From the IMG/VR virus record IMGVR_UViG_3300042868_004707, positions 1 through 64,000 of that record: a stretch of 64,000 nucleotides of DNA; one strand, 5' to 3'. A program made the translations under genes and the position numbers. Shown here piece after piece: positions 56,198 to 64,000 of this stretch. Position 1 is the first letter of the stretch; each line of letters starts with the position of its first letter. The DNA is from a virus. The notes under the pieces were generated by a model. It did not search any database and was not told the origin of the DNA. It was given only the letters and a program-made list of their open reading frames with translations.

Positions 56198-56677
56198 TTA
56201 TTTTTTCCATTCACGATAAATGTGTTGATACTTGTCGTTGGTTTTTAAGTAATGTGACAATAGTCTTGATGTAAGTCTAGAAGGTTTGAAATACCATAGA
56301 TCAGAATGTTTAAATCGTGCTGTTGACTTAAACCACATCCAACCAAAGAAATATCCTTCTGTGTGATAATTGAAGTTGTATATAACCTTACCTTTCTCTT
56401 TAGTTTTTTGCCAGTCAATAGGTAAGTTTACAAACTCTTTACCATCTATATTATTTTTTAGTTTTCTTCTTTTCTTTTTATTGATTGAGAACTCTCCAAA
56501 CCCATAAGGTAGTTTTGCTTTATCACCTGTTTCTAAAATGTATTCTTTAAATAACTCATTGAATGTATAGAGAATATTTCTCCACTCATCATATGTAAGT
56601 TTTATAGAAGGGTGTTTTTTGCAAAACTGATTATAGTTTTCTTTACTAGAGCTTCTCCAATCAATCTTCGTTCTCAT
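56198..56677 (-). CDS. IHF/HU-like protein (crAss-type)
   Basis: ILETGDKAKLPYGFGEFSINKK, IDWQKTKE, NYHTEGY. Confidence 0.75.
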   Translation of the reverse strand: MRTKIDWRSSSKENYNQFCKKHPSIKLTYDEWRNILYTFNELFKEYILETGDKAKLPYGFGEFSINKKKRRKLKNNIDGKEFVNLPIDWQKTKEKGKVIYNFNYHTEGYFFGWMWFKSTARFKHSDLWYFKPSRLTSRLLSHYLKTNDKYQHIYREWKK

Positions 56678-57405
56678 TAACTATTTGGTTTTGAGTTAGG
56701 TGCTTGTCCATCTATTCCTTCTGCACTCATGTCTGTTTTAAGATTGAAGTATGTAGATAAAAGTTTTTGAGATGTAAGTTCTAATGTTTGCTGTTCCAAG
56801 TATCCAGGAAGAGGAAACTCTTTATCTAATGGATTCTTACATATCTCATCTAATGTATACTCTGGAGATCCACATCCACATTCTGGATACATGATTTCAT
56901 TATTTACATCTTCTTCAAATAAAGCTACAAATCGAATTGATTTAAGTAAAGGATTGTTTACATATAGATATCCATTAGATATCCAGAAGTATTCTTCTTT
57001 CTTGATTATAGGAAGCTTTAATAGATTGATGTATCTGTTTACAGTGATCTCTTTTAATTTCTTTCCTGTACCACCCATAGCATTAATAGAATAAACTCCT
57101 TGTATTACATATTGGTAATTACCTTCTGATATACGTGGGAGTTTAAGTTTTGTTCTTGCAATAGTACATTCATCTACATAGTTACAACATTCAGAGATGG
57201 GTACTTCTATCATCTCTAAACATGGAATAGTAGTGAACAATGTGTCAGTTGCCCAAAGTTTTCTAAGATTGGTTTCTCTTTTAATAAGTAATAAAGCATT
57301 GTTTCTAATCTCAGAAGCAATTGCACGGTCAGTTATAAGAGAGTCAGTCGATAATATTTTATGAACTGAACGAACGTCACTAACAAGTTTTCTTAATGTT
57401 GCCAT
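56677..57405 (-). CDS. crAss-like conserved structural (ring) protein
   Basis: IPCLEMIEV..CC...IARTKLKLPRI, NGYLYV, ALFEE, LDKEFPLP; synteny with IHF-like and tubular genes. Confidence 0.65.
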   Translation of the reverse strand: MATLRKLVSDVRSVHKILSTDSLITDRAIASEIRNNALLLIKRETNLRKLWATDTLFTTIPCLEMIEVPISECCNYVDECTIARTKLKLPRISEGNYQYVIQGVYSINAMGGTGKKLKEITVNRYINLLKLPIIKKEEYFWISNGYLYVNNPLLKSIRFVALFEEDVNNEIMYPECGCGSPEYTLDEICKNPLDKEFPLPGYLEQQTLELTSQKLLSTYFNLKTDMSAEGIDGQAPNSKPNS

Positions 57406-57899
57406 TTTTCTAAATAAATTATTGCGTTATTTAATAATTTTTTATCATCTTTAAAGTTTCCAAGAGCTAAATTACAATTATGACATAATATTCCTCTTAT
57501 TTTATTAGAAACATGACAATGGTCAATATATAAATCTCTTTTATATTTTATAAAATGTTCTTTTCTTGATAAAGAACATATACTACATTTATTATCATCT
57601 CTTAATAATAAAGAATCAAATTCTTCTGGAGTTAATTTATATGGTCTTAATCTACTTTTAGTTCTTCTTTCTGGATTATTTTTCCAATCTTCTTTAGATT
57701 TTACACTTAACTTTTCTTTATTTTTTACATAATGTTTTCTTGATAACTCTTTAGCTTTATCTTGATTGTTATCATAATACAACTTAGCTGTTTTAGAAGT
57801 GCATTGTTTACATATAGATTTTAAACCATCTCCATTATGAGAATTTTTATAAAAATCATCAGTACTTTTATTTATTTTACATCGATTGCAAACTTTCAT
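57393..57899 (-). CDS. free-standing endonuclease VII-like homing endonuclease
   Basis: Start at ATG 57899 (MKVCNRCK); CSIC...LYIDHCH...IRGILCHNCNLALGNFKD. Confidence 0.85.
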   Translation of the reverse strand: MKVCNRCKINKSTDDFYKNSHNGDGLKSICKQCTSKTAKLYYDNNQDKAKELSRKHYVKNKEKLSVKSKEDWKNNPERRTKSRLRPYKLTPEEFDSLLLRDDNKCSICSLSRKEHFIKYKRDLYIDHCHVSNKIRGILCHNCNLALGNFKDDKKLLNNAIIYLEKWQH

Positions 57900-57903
57900 A
57901 ACT

Positions 57904-59118
57904 TTAAATTCTTTCTTCAAATTCGGCAACTTTACCTTTAATAGAATCATACACTAAAACTAATGCACAACGGATACTGTGTACGAAATTATTATCTAAG
58001 TGCCATCTATCTGTTCCAGATAAGCTAGGCATTTGTTGTATTCTTACTCCCTTCACTTCTTTAGCCATATAGTGATGTTTATCACCTGTATGAACTTCTC
58101 TGTAAACAGCATCACCAAATTGATGACTATATTTAGAATGTGTTGCAAATAATAATGGAAGATCTTCTATCTTACAATTACCATGATGCCATCCAATAAA
58201 TGTATTTCCTAATGTGATTCCTTTTATAACAGAATGTTCTCTTATAAACTCTACATCTAATTCATCTCTAAAGAACACATCTAATGCATGTGCTAGATAA
58301 TAAGATTTAGTTCTATCATGGTTTCCTTGTACAAGAACAACAGTTACATTGTTACAATGTTGTCTCAACATATTAATTGTATCTACAAGAATAGCAAAGC
58401 CTAATTCATACTCTTCTGCATAATCCATTATAGTGTCTTGTGGAGTACCGTTTGTAGTTTGGTGTTGATAATTATCAGTGTGAAAATAATCGTTGGATAT
58501 AGGAAGAATGATATTGTTTACATTGTAATTACTAGTCACTTTCTCAATCAAAGACTGAGCCACACTAACATATCTTAAAACTCTTGTAGTTATGTCATTA
58601 TCACCATCCACTGTTCTTTTAGCTAAATGATAATCAGATATAGAGATTTCTACATCTACAAAGTCTTTATCTACAAAACGATCTACTTTGGTGATTGATA
58701 CATTATTTGGTTTGTAGTTTTCTAAAAATCTTGCAAAGTCTTCAGGAGAGTAATCTTTTGCTTCTTTTCTTTTTGAAAAGATTGAGGAAGTGAATTTACC
58801 ATTAGGTAATAATTTAGACCAGTAGTTTGTTATAACATACTTATCTAAGTTTATCTTATGTAACTTAGCTAGTTCAATGTCATCTTTAGGTTCAAAGTCT
58901 GTAACTATTGTACTTTCTATTGTACCTTTTTCAACATTCACTTTGCGTTCTCCTGCAATAGTTTTTATTACATCTTCATTATCTTTTTCTCTAAGTTCTT
59001 TCATGAGCTCATTGACCTCAAATTCACTTATCCCTAGTTTCTCAGCATAGAACTTTTTACTTTTCTTCTGACTTAATAACTCTTCTAATCGGTTCAATAA
59101 ACTTTGATTTTCAGACAT
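57904..59118 (-). CDS. metallophosphoesterase-fold nuclease with N-terminal HTH
   Basis: ISDYHL, NDYFHTD, QGNHD, WHHG, HTGDKHH; YAEKLGISE at N-terminus. Confidence 0.8.
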   Translation of the reverse strand: MSENQSLLNRLEELLSQKKSKKFYAEKLGISEFEVNELMKELREKDNEDVIKTIAGERKVNVEKGTIESTIVTDFEPKDDIELAKLHKINLDKYVITNYWSKLLPNGKFTSSIFSKRKEAKDYSPEDFARFLENYKPNNVSITKVDRFVDKDFVDVEISISDYHLAKRTVDGDNDITTRVLRYVSVAQSLIEKVTSNYNVNNIILPISNDYFHTDNYQHQTTNGTPQDTIMDYAEEYELGFAILVDTINMLRQHCNNVTVVLVQGNHDRTKSYYLAHALDVFFRDELDVEFIREHSVIKGITLGNTFIGWHHGNCKIEDLPLLFATHSKYSHQFGDAVYREVHTGDKHHYMAKEVKGVRIQQMPSLSGTDRWHLDNNFVHSIRCALVLVYDSIKGKVAEFEERI

Positions 59119-59147
59119 ATTTGCTCATGTTAGTTAAAAAAATATTG

Positions 59148-59155
59148 TAAAGATA
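59148..59155 (-). promoter_or_regulatory. -7 box variant
   Basis: TATCTTTA on the - strand between terminator and ATG 59118. Confidence 0.4.
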
Positions 59156-59225
59156 ATTAATAGTTTTTATATATTCCAAATAATTTTAGTTAGAGACTTA
59201 ATTCTTTATAATTAAAATAGTTAGA

Positions 59226-59258
59226 AACAAAAACTCCCCAAGAAAAACCTTGAGGAGA
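59226..59258 (-). terminator. intrinsic terminator
   Basis: - strand CTCCTCAAG-GTTTTT-CTTGGGGAG-TTTTTGTTT; second AT-rich hairpin at 59258-59287. Confidence 0.75.
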
Positions 59259-59293
59259 AATCTTGTAAAACCAACAAAACAAGATTTTTTATT

Positions 59294-59575
59294 TTAAATA
59301 GGTATAGTAGTAGTACTAGTTGTTGTAGGACTAACTGTTGTTGTAGTGGTAGTTGTAGATTCTAATAAAATATCTACATAGTTTGTGCACACCCCATTAG
59401 ATTTAATTCTAACAGTAGTAGTATAATCAGGAACTAATGCAGAAGAATATCCTGCAAGCAATGCTGATTTAGAAACTCCTGATTCAAAAGCTGACACATA
59501 TCCATCTAGATTTGAATATAAATCAAATGGACCTGAATCACTTCCTGCGGTTGTTAATGTTATTAATATTGTCAT
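59294..59575 (-). CDS. small structural protein with poly-Thr tail
   Basis: ITLTTAGSDSGPFDLYS...VRIKSNGVC domain followed by S-T7-VSP-TTTSTTT-IPI*. Confidence 0.75.
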   Translation of the reverse strand: MTILITLTTAGSDSGPFDLYSNLDGYVSAFESGVSKSALLAGYSSALVPDYTTTVRIKSNGVCTNYVDILLESTTTTTTTVSPTTTSTTTIPI

Positions 59576-59594
59576 ATTATATTATTTTAAATTA

Positions 59595-60767
59595 TTAAAT
59601 ACAATAGCTTATTGGATATTCAATACGTCCATCTGTTCTAATTTCTACATATCCTGAAGCATCTCCAAGTATTTGTATATGCCAAAATCTATTATTTCCA
59701 TTAAAAGGACTAGAACCATCAGGATTTATGTACGCATATTTATTAAGACCAACATTTTTGATATATAATGTGGTAGTTAATTCATAAGTACAAGTATCTG
59801 GTGAATTAGTTGCTTTACTTTCAGTAGATATTAACATAGGTGCAATACAACATTCATTAAGTTTTATAGGATCTGGTAAAGGAGTAATCTCTGAATCTAT
59901 TTCTATATATTGTGAAATATATGGATTAGTTCTACTTACACAAATAGTTTCAGTTCCAACTTTATTAAATGAGAATGTGTAATACTCATTAGAAAAACAA
60001 GCTTCATCTACATACACGTAAACTGTATTATTATCACTATCGTCTAATTGTTCTTGAGTTACAGTAACTTCATAAACATAACAATCGCAATATATAGTGG
60101 TTGTGGTGGTCGTAGTTGGTACTACAGTAGTGCTTGTAGTAGTTGTTGTGATACATTCTCCAATTACGTATATATCACCTTCTCCACATGAAAATGTAGG
60201 AGTTGGAGCTGTTGATAGTACACAAAATGTAGGAAGATCTCCTGTACCAACCTCTGCTGTTTGAACATCTCCATAACAATCTGTATATTCAAATATTGCA
60301 TATAGTTTTCCTGGACAGTTTATACTTACATTAACTTCATAATTTAAACAAGATGACACAACAGTTGTTGTGGTTGTAGTTGTACTAGAAGAAGAAGAAG
60401 TAGTAGTGGTTGATGTTGAACTACTGCTACTAGTTGTAGTTGTAGTTACAGGTAATGTAGTGGTGGTTGTAGTTGTTGGAGGTAATGTTGTTGTAGTTGT
60501 AGTAGTTGGACAACATACATTTAATTGACTATATATGTTAGTTATATCTTCTGTAATAACCATTACATCTTCTGTAAGATTTATCACATTTTCCGTAATA
60601 GAATCAACATCAGCTTTAACTTCACATATAACAGCATCAAATTTAGCAAGAATAGTATTTAATCCATCACACGTACTTACATCTGTACAAGGAAGTGGAG
60701 TGCTATCATATTTGACAGCACTCGTTCCTATTATACTTGTGTTATTTATTTGAGAGCAATTAGCCAT
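59595..60767 (-). CDS. fibre-like structural protein with mucin-like Thr/Ser tracts
   Basis: Shared N-terminal module, coiled coil, long T/S tracts separating Cys-rich domains. Confidence 0.7.
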   Translation of the reverse strand: MANCSQINNTSIIGTSAVKYDSTPLPCTDVSTCDGLNTILAKFDAVICEVKADVDSITENVINLTEDVMVITEDITNIYSQLNVCCPTTTTTTTLPPTTTTTTTLPVTTTTTSSSSSTSTTTTSSSSSTTTTTTTVVSSCLNYEVNVSINCPGKLYAIFEYTDCYGDVQTAEVGTGDLPTFCVLSTAPTPTFSCGEGDIYVIGECITTTTTSTTVVPTTTTTTTIYCDCYVYEVTVTQEQLDDSDNNTVYVYVDEACFSNEYYTFSFNKVGTETICVSRTNPYISQYIEIDSEITPLPDPIKLNECCIAPMLISTESKATNSPDTCTYELTTTLYIKNVGLNKYAYINPDGSSPFNGNNRFWHIQILGDASGYVEIRTDGRIEYPISYCI

Positions 60768-60774
60768 TTTATTT

Positions 60775-61158
60775 TTAAATTAAAGTGGTAGTTGTAGTGG
60801 TTGTTGCAGAACAACATTCATCTAATCTATTGTATATATCAACTATATCACCATTGATGTCAATCACTTGATTAGTGATGTTTGTAACTTGGTTAGTTAG
60901 ATAATTTATCTGCGTTATCAAATTACAAATAATCTCATCTATCTTTTGTAACACTACATTAAGTGTATCACATGGTTCAGCCACTATACATGGTAATTCA
61001 GGACCATCATAGACAATAGTACTAGATATAGTTAAATGAGTGCTACATGGATTGTTGTTGTTACAACTACTATTGGTAATTGTAGAACTACACCCACAAG
61101 GACTATTTAAGACTACGTCTGTACAACAAGGATTGACTGGTAAAAAAGGATATGCCAT
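60775..61158 (-). CDS. fibre-associated structural protein with poly-Thr tail
   Basis: IVYDGPELPCI...DTLNVVLQKID, coiled coil, CCSA-T7-LI*. Confidence 0.7.
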   Translation of the reverse strand: MAYPFLPVNPCCTDVVLNSPCGCSSTITNSSCNNNNPCSTHLTISSTIVYDGPELPCIVAEPCDTLNVVLQKIDEIICNLITQINYLTNQVTNITNQVIDINGDIVDIYNRLDECCSATTTTTTTLI

Positions 61159-61170
61159 TTTGATAAGTTG

Positions 61171-62310
61171 TTAAGGTATATAAATAATATAACGACAACC
61201 AATTGATGGTTGAATATTTGAGTGAGCTAAACCTCCACCAAATGGTGCAGCACTAGAACTTACACTTACAGTTACACCTGTTTCTTCATTAGATGTTTCA
61301 TAAATTTGACCATTTCCTGTACCAGTTCCACTGATTATTGCACTAGAAGGAGTTGTTACAAAAGGAATAATATCATTTGTAGATCTTAAAGTATTTGTAG
61401 GATTAGTAGAATCATCAGAAAACTTATGTCTATGTCCATCATCTGTAACTGTTACAGCATTTGTAATAGCATGTGTATGTGAAGGAATTTGATTATCGTT
61501 TAATACAATTTGATTTGCTCCTGTGACAGTTCCTATAGAATAATTAGGATTACCTGCAATAGTAGGATCAACTGCTGCTGCCATTGTTCCTCCTAACATT
61601 GTACCATCTGTAACACCAACTAATGTTCTACCTCTTAAATCAGGAGTACCATTATTACCATTACATAAATAAATATTAATCCAATCTCCTGTACCAGCTC
61701 CAGATCCATTAAAATATGTTATTGGACCATAATAAGGAACAGCAGCATAAGGAACCATTCTGTTTTTGATTAATGAACCTTCACCAGAACCATCTAGATA
61801 AGCTTGAATCAAAGCATCTAATTCATCTATTTGCACATATGTGTTAGGTAAGTTAAGTAGAAGTCCATTAAAATCTGTTTTTAATGTACACAATGTATTA
61901 ATTGTAACTTGTAATATAGAATGTGTACCAGAAGATGATGTAACTCCTGCTAAACAATTTGTTGTGTAAGGAGCTTCTATAACATTAATAGCTTCATCTA
62001 ATAAATCTAATTCTTCCTGTAATTTACATGTAGCTTTAATTAAAGCAATAGAAAGATCTAATACATTAATGTCTCTACACGTTGGAAGATATTGTTTCAC
62101 TACATCACAAATAATTGATGAGTTAATATCTAATATAATTCCTGTACCATCTAATGTAGATGTAAGAAACGTAATTAATGCTTGTTCTACAAAAGATAGA
62201 GAATCACCAGTTTGAATTCCTAAGACAGGAACATCAATTCCTGTATATCTAACACATCTGTCAGAGACAATCTCTGTACATCCGTTATAACAATTTGAGC
62301 AATTGGACAT
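61171..62310 (-). CDS. tail fibre protein with tail-collar domain
   Basis: LCNGNNGTPDLRGRTLVG, QIPSHTH, GHRH, AHSNIQPS...YIIY. Confidence 0.8.
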   Translation of the reverse strand: MSNCSNCYNGCTEIVSDRCVRYTGIDVPVLGIQTGDSLSFVEQALITFLTSTLDGTGIILDINSSIICDVVKQYLPTCRDINVLDLSIALIKATCKLQEELDLLDEAINVIEAPYTTNCLAGVTSSSGTHSILQVTINTLCTLKTDFNGLLLNLPNTYVQIDELDALIQAYLDGSGEGSLIKNRMVPYAAVPYYGPITYFNGSGAGTGDWINIYLCNGNNGTPDLRGRTLVGVTDGTMLGGTMAAAVDPTIAGNPNYSIGTVTGANQIVLNDNQIPSHTHAITNAVTVTDDGHRHKFSDDSTNPTNTLRSTNDIIPFVTTPSSAIISGTGTGNGQIYETSNEETGVTVSVSSSAAPFGGGLAHSNIQPSIGCRYIIYIP

Positions 62311-62330
62311 ATTATTTTATTTTAAAAAGT

Positions 62331-62693
62331 TTAAACTGTTGTTGTGGTGGTAGTAGTTGGATTTTGTACAATTGTAATATCACAAGGTTCTTCTAAACAA
62401 CGTTCTGGTTCATTACATTTATTAACACATCCTGATGTAAGACGAATCACTCTACTAGCAATCATTTGTACAGAGTAGGTATGTACATAATTAGGATTGT
62501 AATATTTGTACATAAGAATTCTTCTATATCCAATTAGTTGAAGTATGTCATTAGAAGGCACAGATTTATTCAACATATATGAAATATTGTTGTATAAGTT
62601 GTTGCCAAGTTCTGCCAACTTGCAATCTATTTTCTTAATTAAAGAAGGAATGTTTGCACATTCTGGACAATTAGTTAGTCTTGGTGATAACAT
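62331..62693 (-). CDS. structural protein with poly-Thr tail
   Basis: 120 aa, Cys-rich, ends NP-T7-V*. Confidence 0.7.
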   Translation of the reverse strand: MLSPRLTNCPECANIPSLIKKIDCKLAELGNNLYNNISYMLNKSVPSNDILQLIGYRRILMYKYYNPNYVHTYSVQMIASRVIRLTSGCVNKCNEPERCLEEPCDITIVQNPTTTTTTTV

Positions 62694-62704
62694 AATCAGG
62701 TTTT

Positions 62705-62800
62705 TTATTTTTCAACTTTAGATGCACATTGTCCACATAACCCATTGGTTAATTGACATCCACATCCCACTCTAGCTCCGCATGAAGTACATTGTGCCAT
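62705..62800 (-). CDS. tiny Cys-rich protein (not in ORF track)
   Basis: MAQCTSCGARVGCGCQLTNGLCGQCASKVEK* fills the gap between two genes. Confidence 0.65.
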   Translation of the reverse strand: MAQCTSCGARVGCGCQLTNGLCGQCASKVEK

Positions 62801-62802
62801 AA

Positions 62803-63366
62803 TTAATAAAAGTTTATTAGGTAGTTGTTACCAGAACAACCACAGTTGGATTTTAAAAAGTTGTTTAACATATTATCTGCTTGAGCATATAATGTGTTTG
62901 ATTCATATTCTGCACAGTTATTAGCTGCTGAAATAGCTCCTTGAATAAAGAAGTTAATTGTATTTAATTGTACACTAGATTGTGTTTTAAGTGCTCTGTC
63001 ACATTCCATCATATTTAATTGAAGAAATGCGTTATCAAACTTTTCTTGAAGTTTATCAACACGTAATATTGTCTTCTCTACATAATTTGCATATGCAGGA
63101 GCAACGGAATATTTAATTCTATATATTCCATCAGGAAGAGCTTGATTGCAACCAGGATCTGTTATTCCTAAATTAGATGATGTAAATACATTGATTTCAT
63201 TAGGAACAAAAGGTAATATTTTGGTTCCAAATCCAGGAATGTCAATCTCAATAGATGGTGCAGAAACCACTGAAGGATTGGTAGGATATACAGAAGCATC
63301 TGCAACACCAAGTGTAAGTACACTATAAGTAGGAACTACTAATATATCTAATTGTAAGTTTGCCAT
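62803..63366 (-). CDS. putative tail hub/structural protein
   Basis: DASVYP...IEIDIPGF...LPDGIYRIKYSVAP; upstream of fibre genes. Confidence 0.6.
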   Translation of the reverse strand: MANLQLDILVVPTYSVLTLGVADASVYPTNPSVVSAPSIEIDIPGFGTKILPFVPNEINVFTSSNLGITDPGCNQALPDGIYRIKYSVAPAYANYVEKTILRVDKLQEKFDNAFLQLNMMECDRALKTQSSVQLNTINFFIQGAISAANNCAEYESNTLYAQADNMLNNFLKSNCGCSGNNYLINFY

Positions 63367-63377
63367 GTTGTTTTTAA

Positions 63378-63422
63378 ATAAATATGCCAGAGGATGTGAG
63401 TTATCCTCTATCCCCTGGCATA
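63378..63422 (-). terminator. stem-loop (terminator or attenuator) after the abundant structural gene
   Basis: TATGCCAG...CTGGCATA long hairpin followed by TTTATTT on the - strand. Confidence 0.65.
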
Positions 63423-63454
63423 GGTTATTATTAATTTACTCTCTTCTTTTATTC

Positions 63455-64000
63455 TTAAGGAATAAGAGTAGAAGTAGTAGTTGTTGTAGATGCAGGAGCA
63501 CTAGAAGTAGTTGTTGTAGTTGTGATACAAGCATTGTTATCAACAACAGCACCTAAAGCACCTTCTAAGATAGCTTGGAACTCATCTGTAAGATCATTAC
63601 CACCTTGAGGTACAGCAAGAATCACTGTAGAATCTTCCATGATGTAATCACCCCATTGGTACTCAGATCTGTTATACTCGTTAAATCTAATATAGAAAGT
63701 GTTATAAATAGCACCATCAGATACCCAAGACTCAAAGTTCTCGTTGTAACCATTCATTCTATATAAATGTTTCAAGTAACCAGCTTGGTAACTGTAGAAG
63801 TTTTTCTCTAATTGAGCAATTTCTGCAGATGTACCAGTAGCATAAGAAGCACGTTGTCTAATAATAGGATCAGCAACTAAATTACAAGCATCTGCTACAA
63901 TAAAGTCAGCAGTTGTAGCTGGACCAGAATAAACAAAAGTTCTAAAAGACATTCTATCATATTCAAAAGGGAACGCTGCGATATCACAAGGTTGACCATA
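63455..64000 (-). CDS. virion structural protein, possibly auxiliary capsid protein (5'-truncated), with Thr/Ser tail
   Basis: Frame open to the window end (YGQPCDIAAFPFEYDRMSF...); ends CI-TTTTTTSS-APA-STTTTTST-LIP*. Confidence 0.6.
   Translation of the reverse strand, partial: YGQPCDIAAFPFEYDRMSFRTFVYSGPATTADFIVADACNLVADPIIRQRASYATGTSAEIAQLEKNFYSYQAGYLKHLYRMNGYNENFESWVSDGAIYNTFYIRFNEYNRSEYQWGDYIMEDSTVILAVPQGGNDLTDEFQAILEGALGAVVDNNACITTTTTTSSAPASTTTTTSTLIP

Noticed and set aside
20797-59225. AAAATAGTTAGAA shared between two intergenic regions (near 20797 and 59214)
   Set aside because: It is short and AT-rich, with different spacing to the -7 boxes, so it could be chance.
59297-60510. GTT/GTA/GTG-rich repeats as a CRISPR array or microsatellite
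   Set aside because: They are the reverse complement of mixed Thr/Ser codons inside ORFs; there is no repeat-spacer structure.
1-64000. Stop-codon reassignment (TAG or TGA), known in some crAss-like phages
   Set aside because: Genes are full length under the standard code, including a 4186-aa ORF, and both TAG and TGA end genes at tight junctions.
1-64000. tRNA, rRNA, integrase, reverse transcriptase or diversity-generating retroelement
   Set aside because: No recognisable motifs or template/variable repeat pair were seen by eye; a tRNAscan or Infernal run would be needed to fully exclude small RNAs.
63455-64000. Calling the last ORF the major capsid protein
   Set aside because: Only the C-terminal part is visible, and its position next to hub and fibre genes fits an auxiliary structural protein at least as well.

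Overview
This AT-rich window is part of a crAss-like phage genome (Crassvirales-like, standard genetic code). Its host is probably in Bacteroidota, judged from TAnnTTTG-type -7 promoter boxes and A-rich leaders lacking Shine-Dalgarno sites. Bases 1-12454 (+ strand) hold replication and accessory genes: a PD-(D/E)XK nuclease, recA, dNMP kinase, a metallophosphatase, MazG, HNH, phoH, thioredoxin, a GroES-like protein and a GT2-methyltransferase-GT2 cassette. After a bidirectional terminator near 12470, the rest (- strand) is the virion and lysis module. It includes small Lys-rich proteins, a ferritin-like protein, a GT-A glycosyltransferase, a lysis cassette, giant cargo genes with a 4186-aa virion RNA polymerase (DFDID), a split tail-stabilisation (muzzle) gene, and ring, IHF-like and fibre genes. 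Six free-standing homing endonucleases from four families are scattered through the window. The best candidate for a new system is phage-encoded O-glycosylation of the virion. Seven virion proteins carry stereotyped runs of 7-8 Thr/Ser, mostly at the C-terminus, and the phage encodes a glycosyltransferase resembling plant peptide O-glycosyltransferases (GT95/GT96), two more glycosyltransferases and a methyltransferase. All family calls come from recognising motifs by eye; no searches were run.
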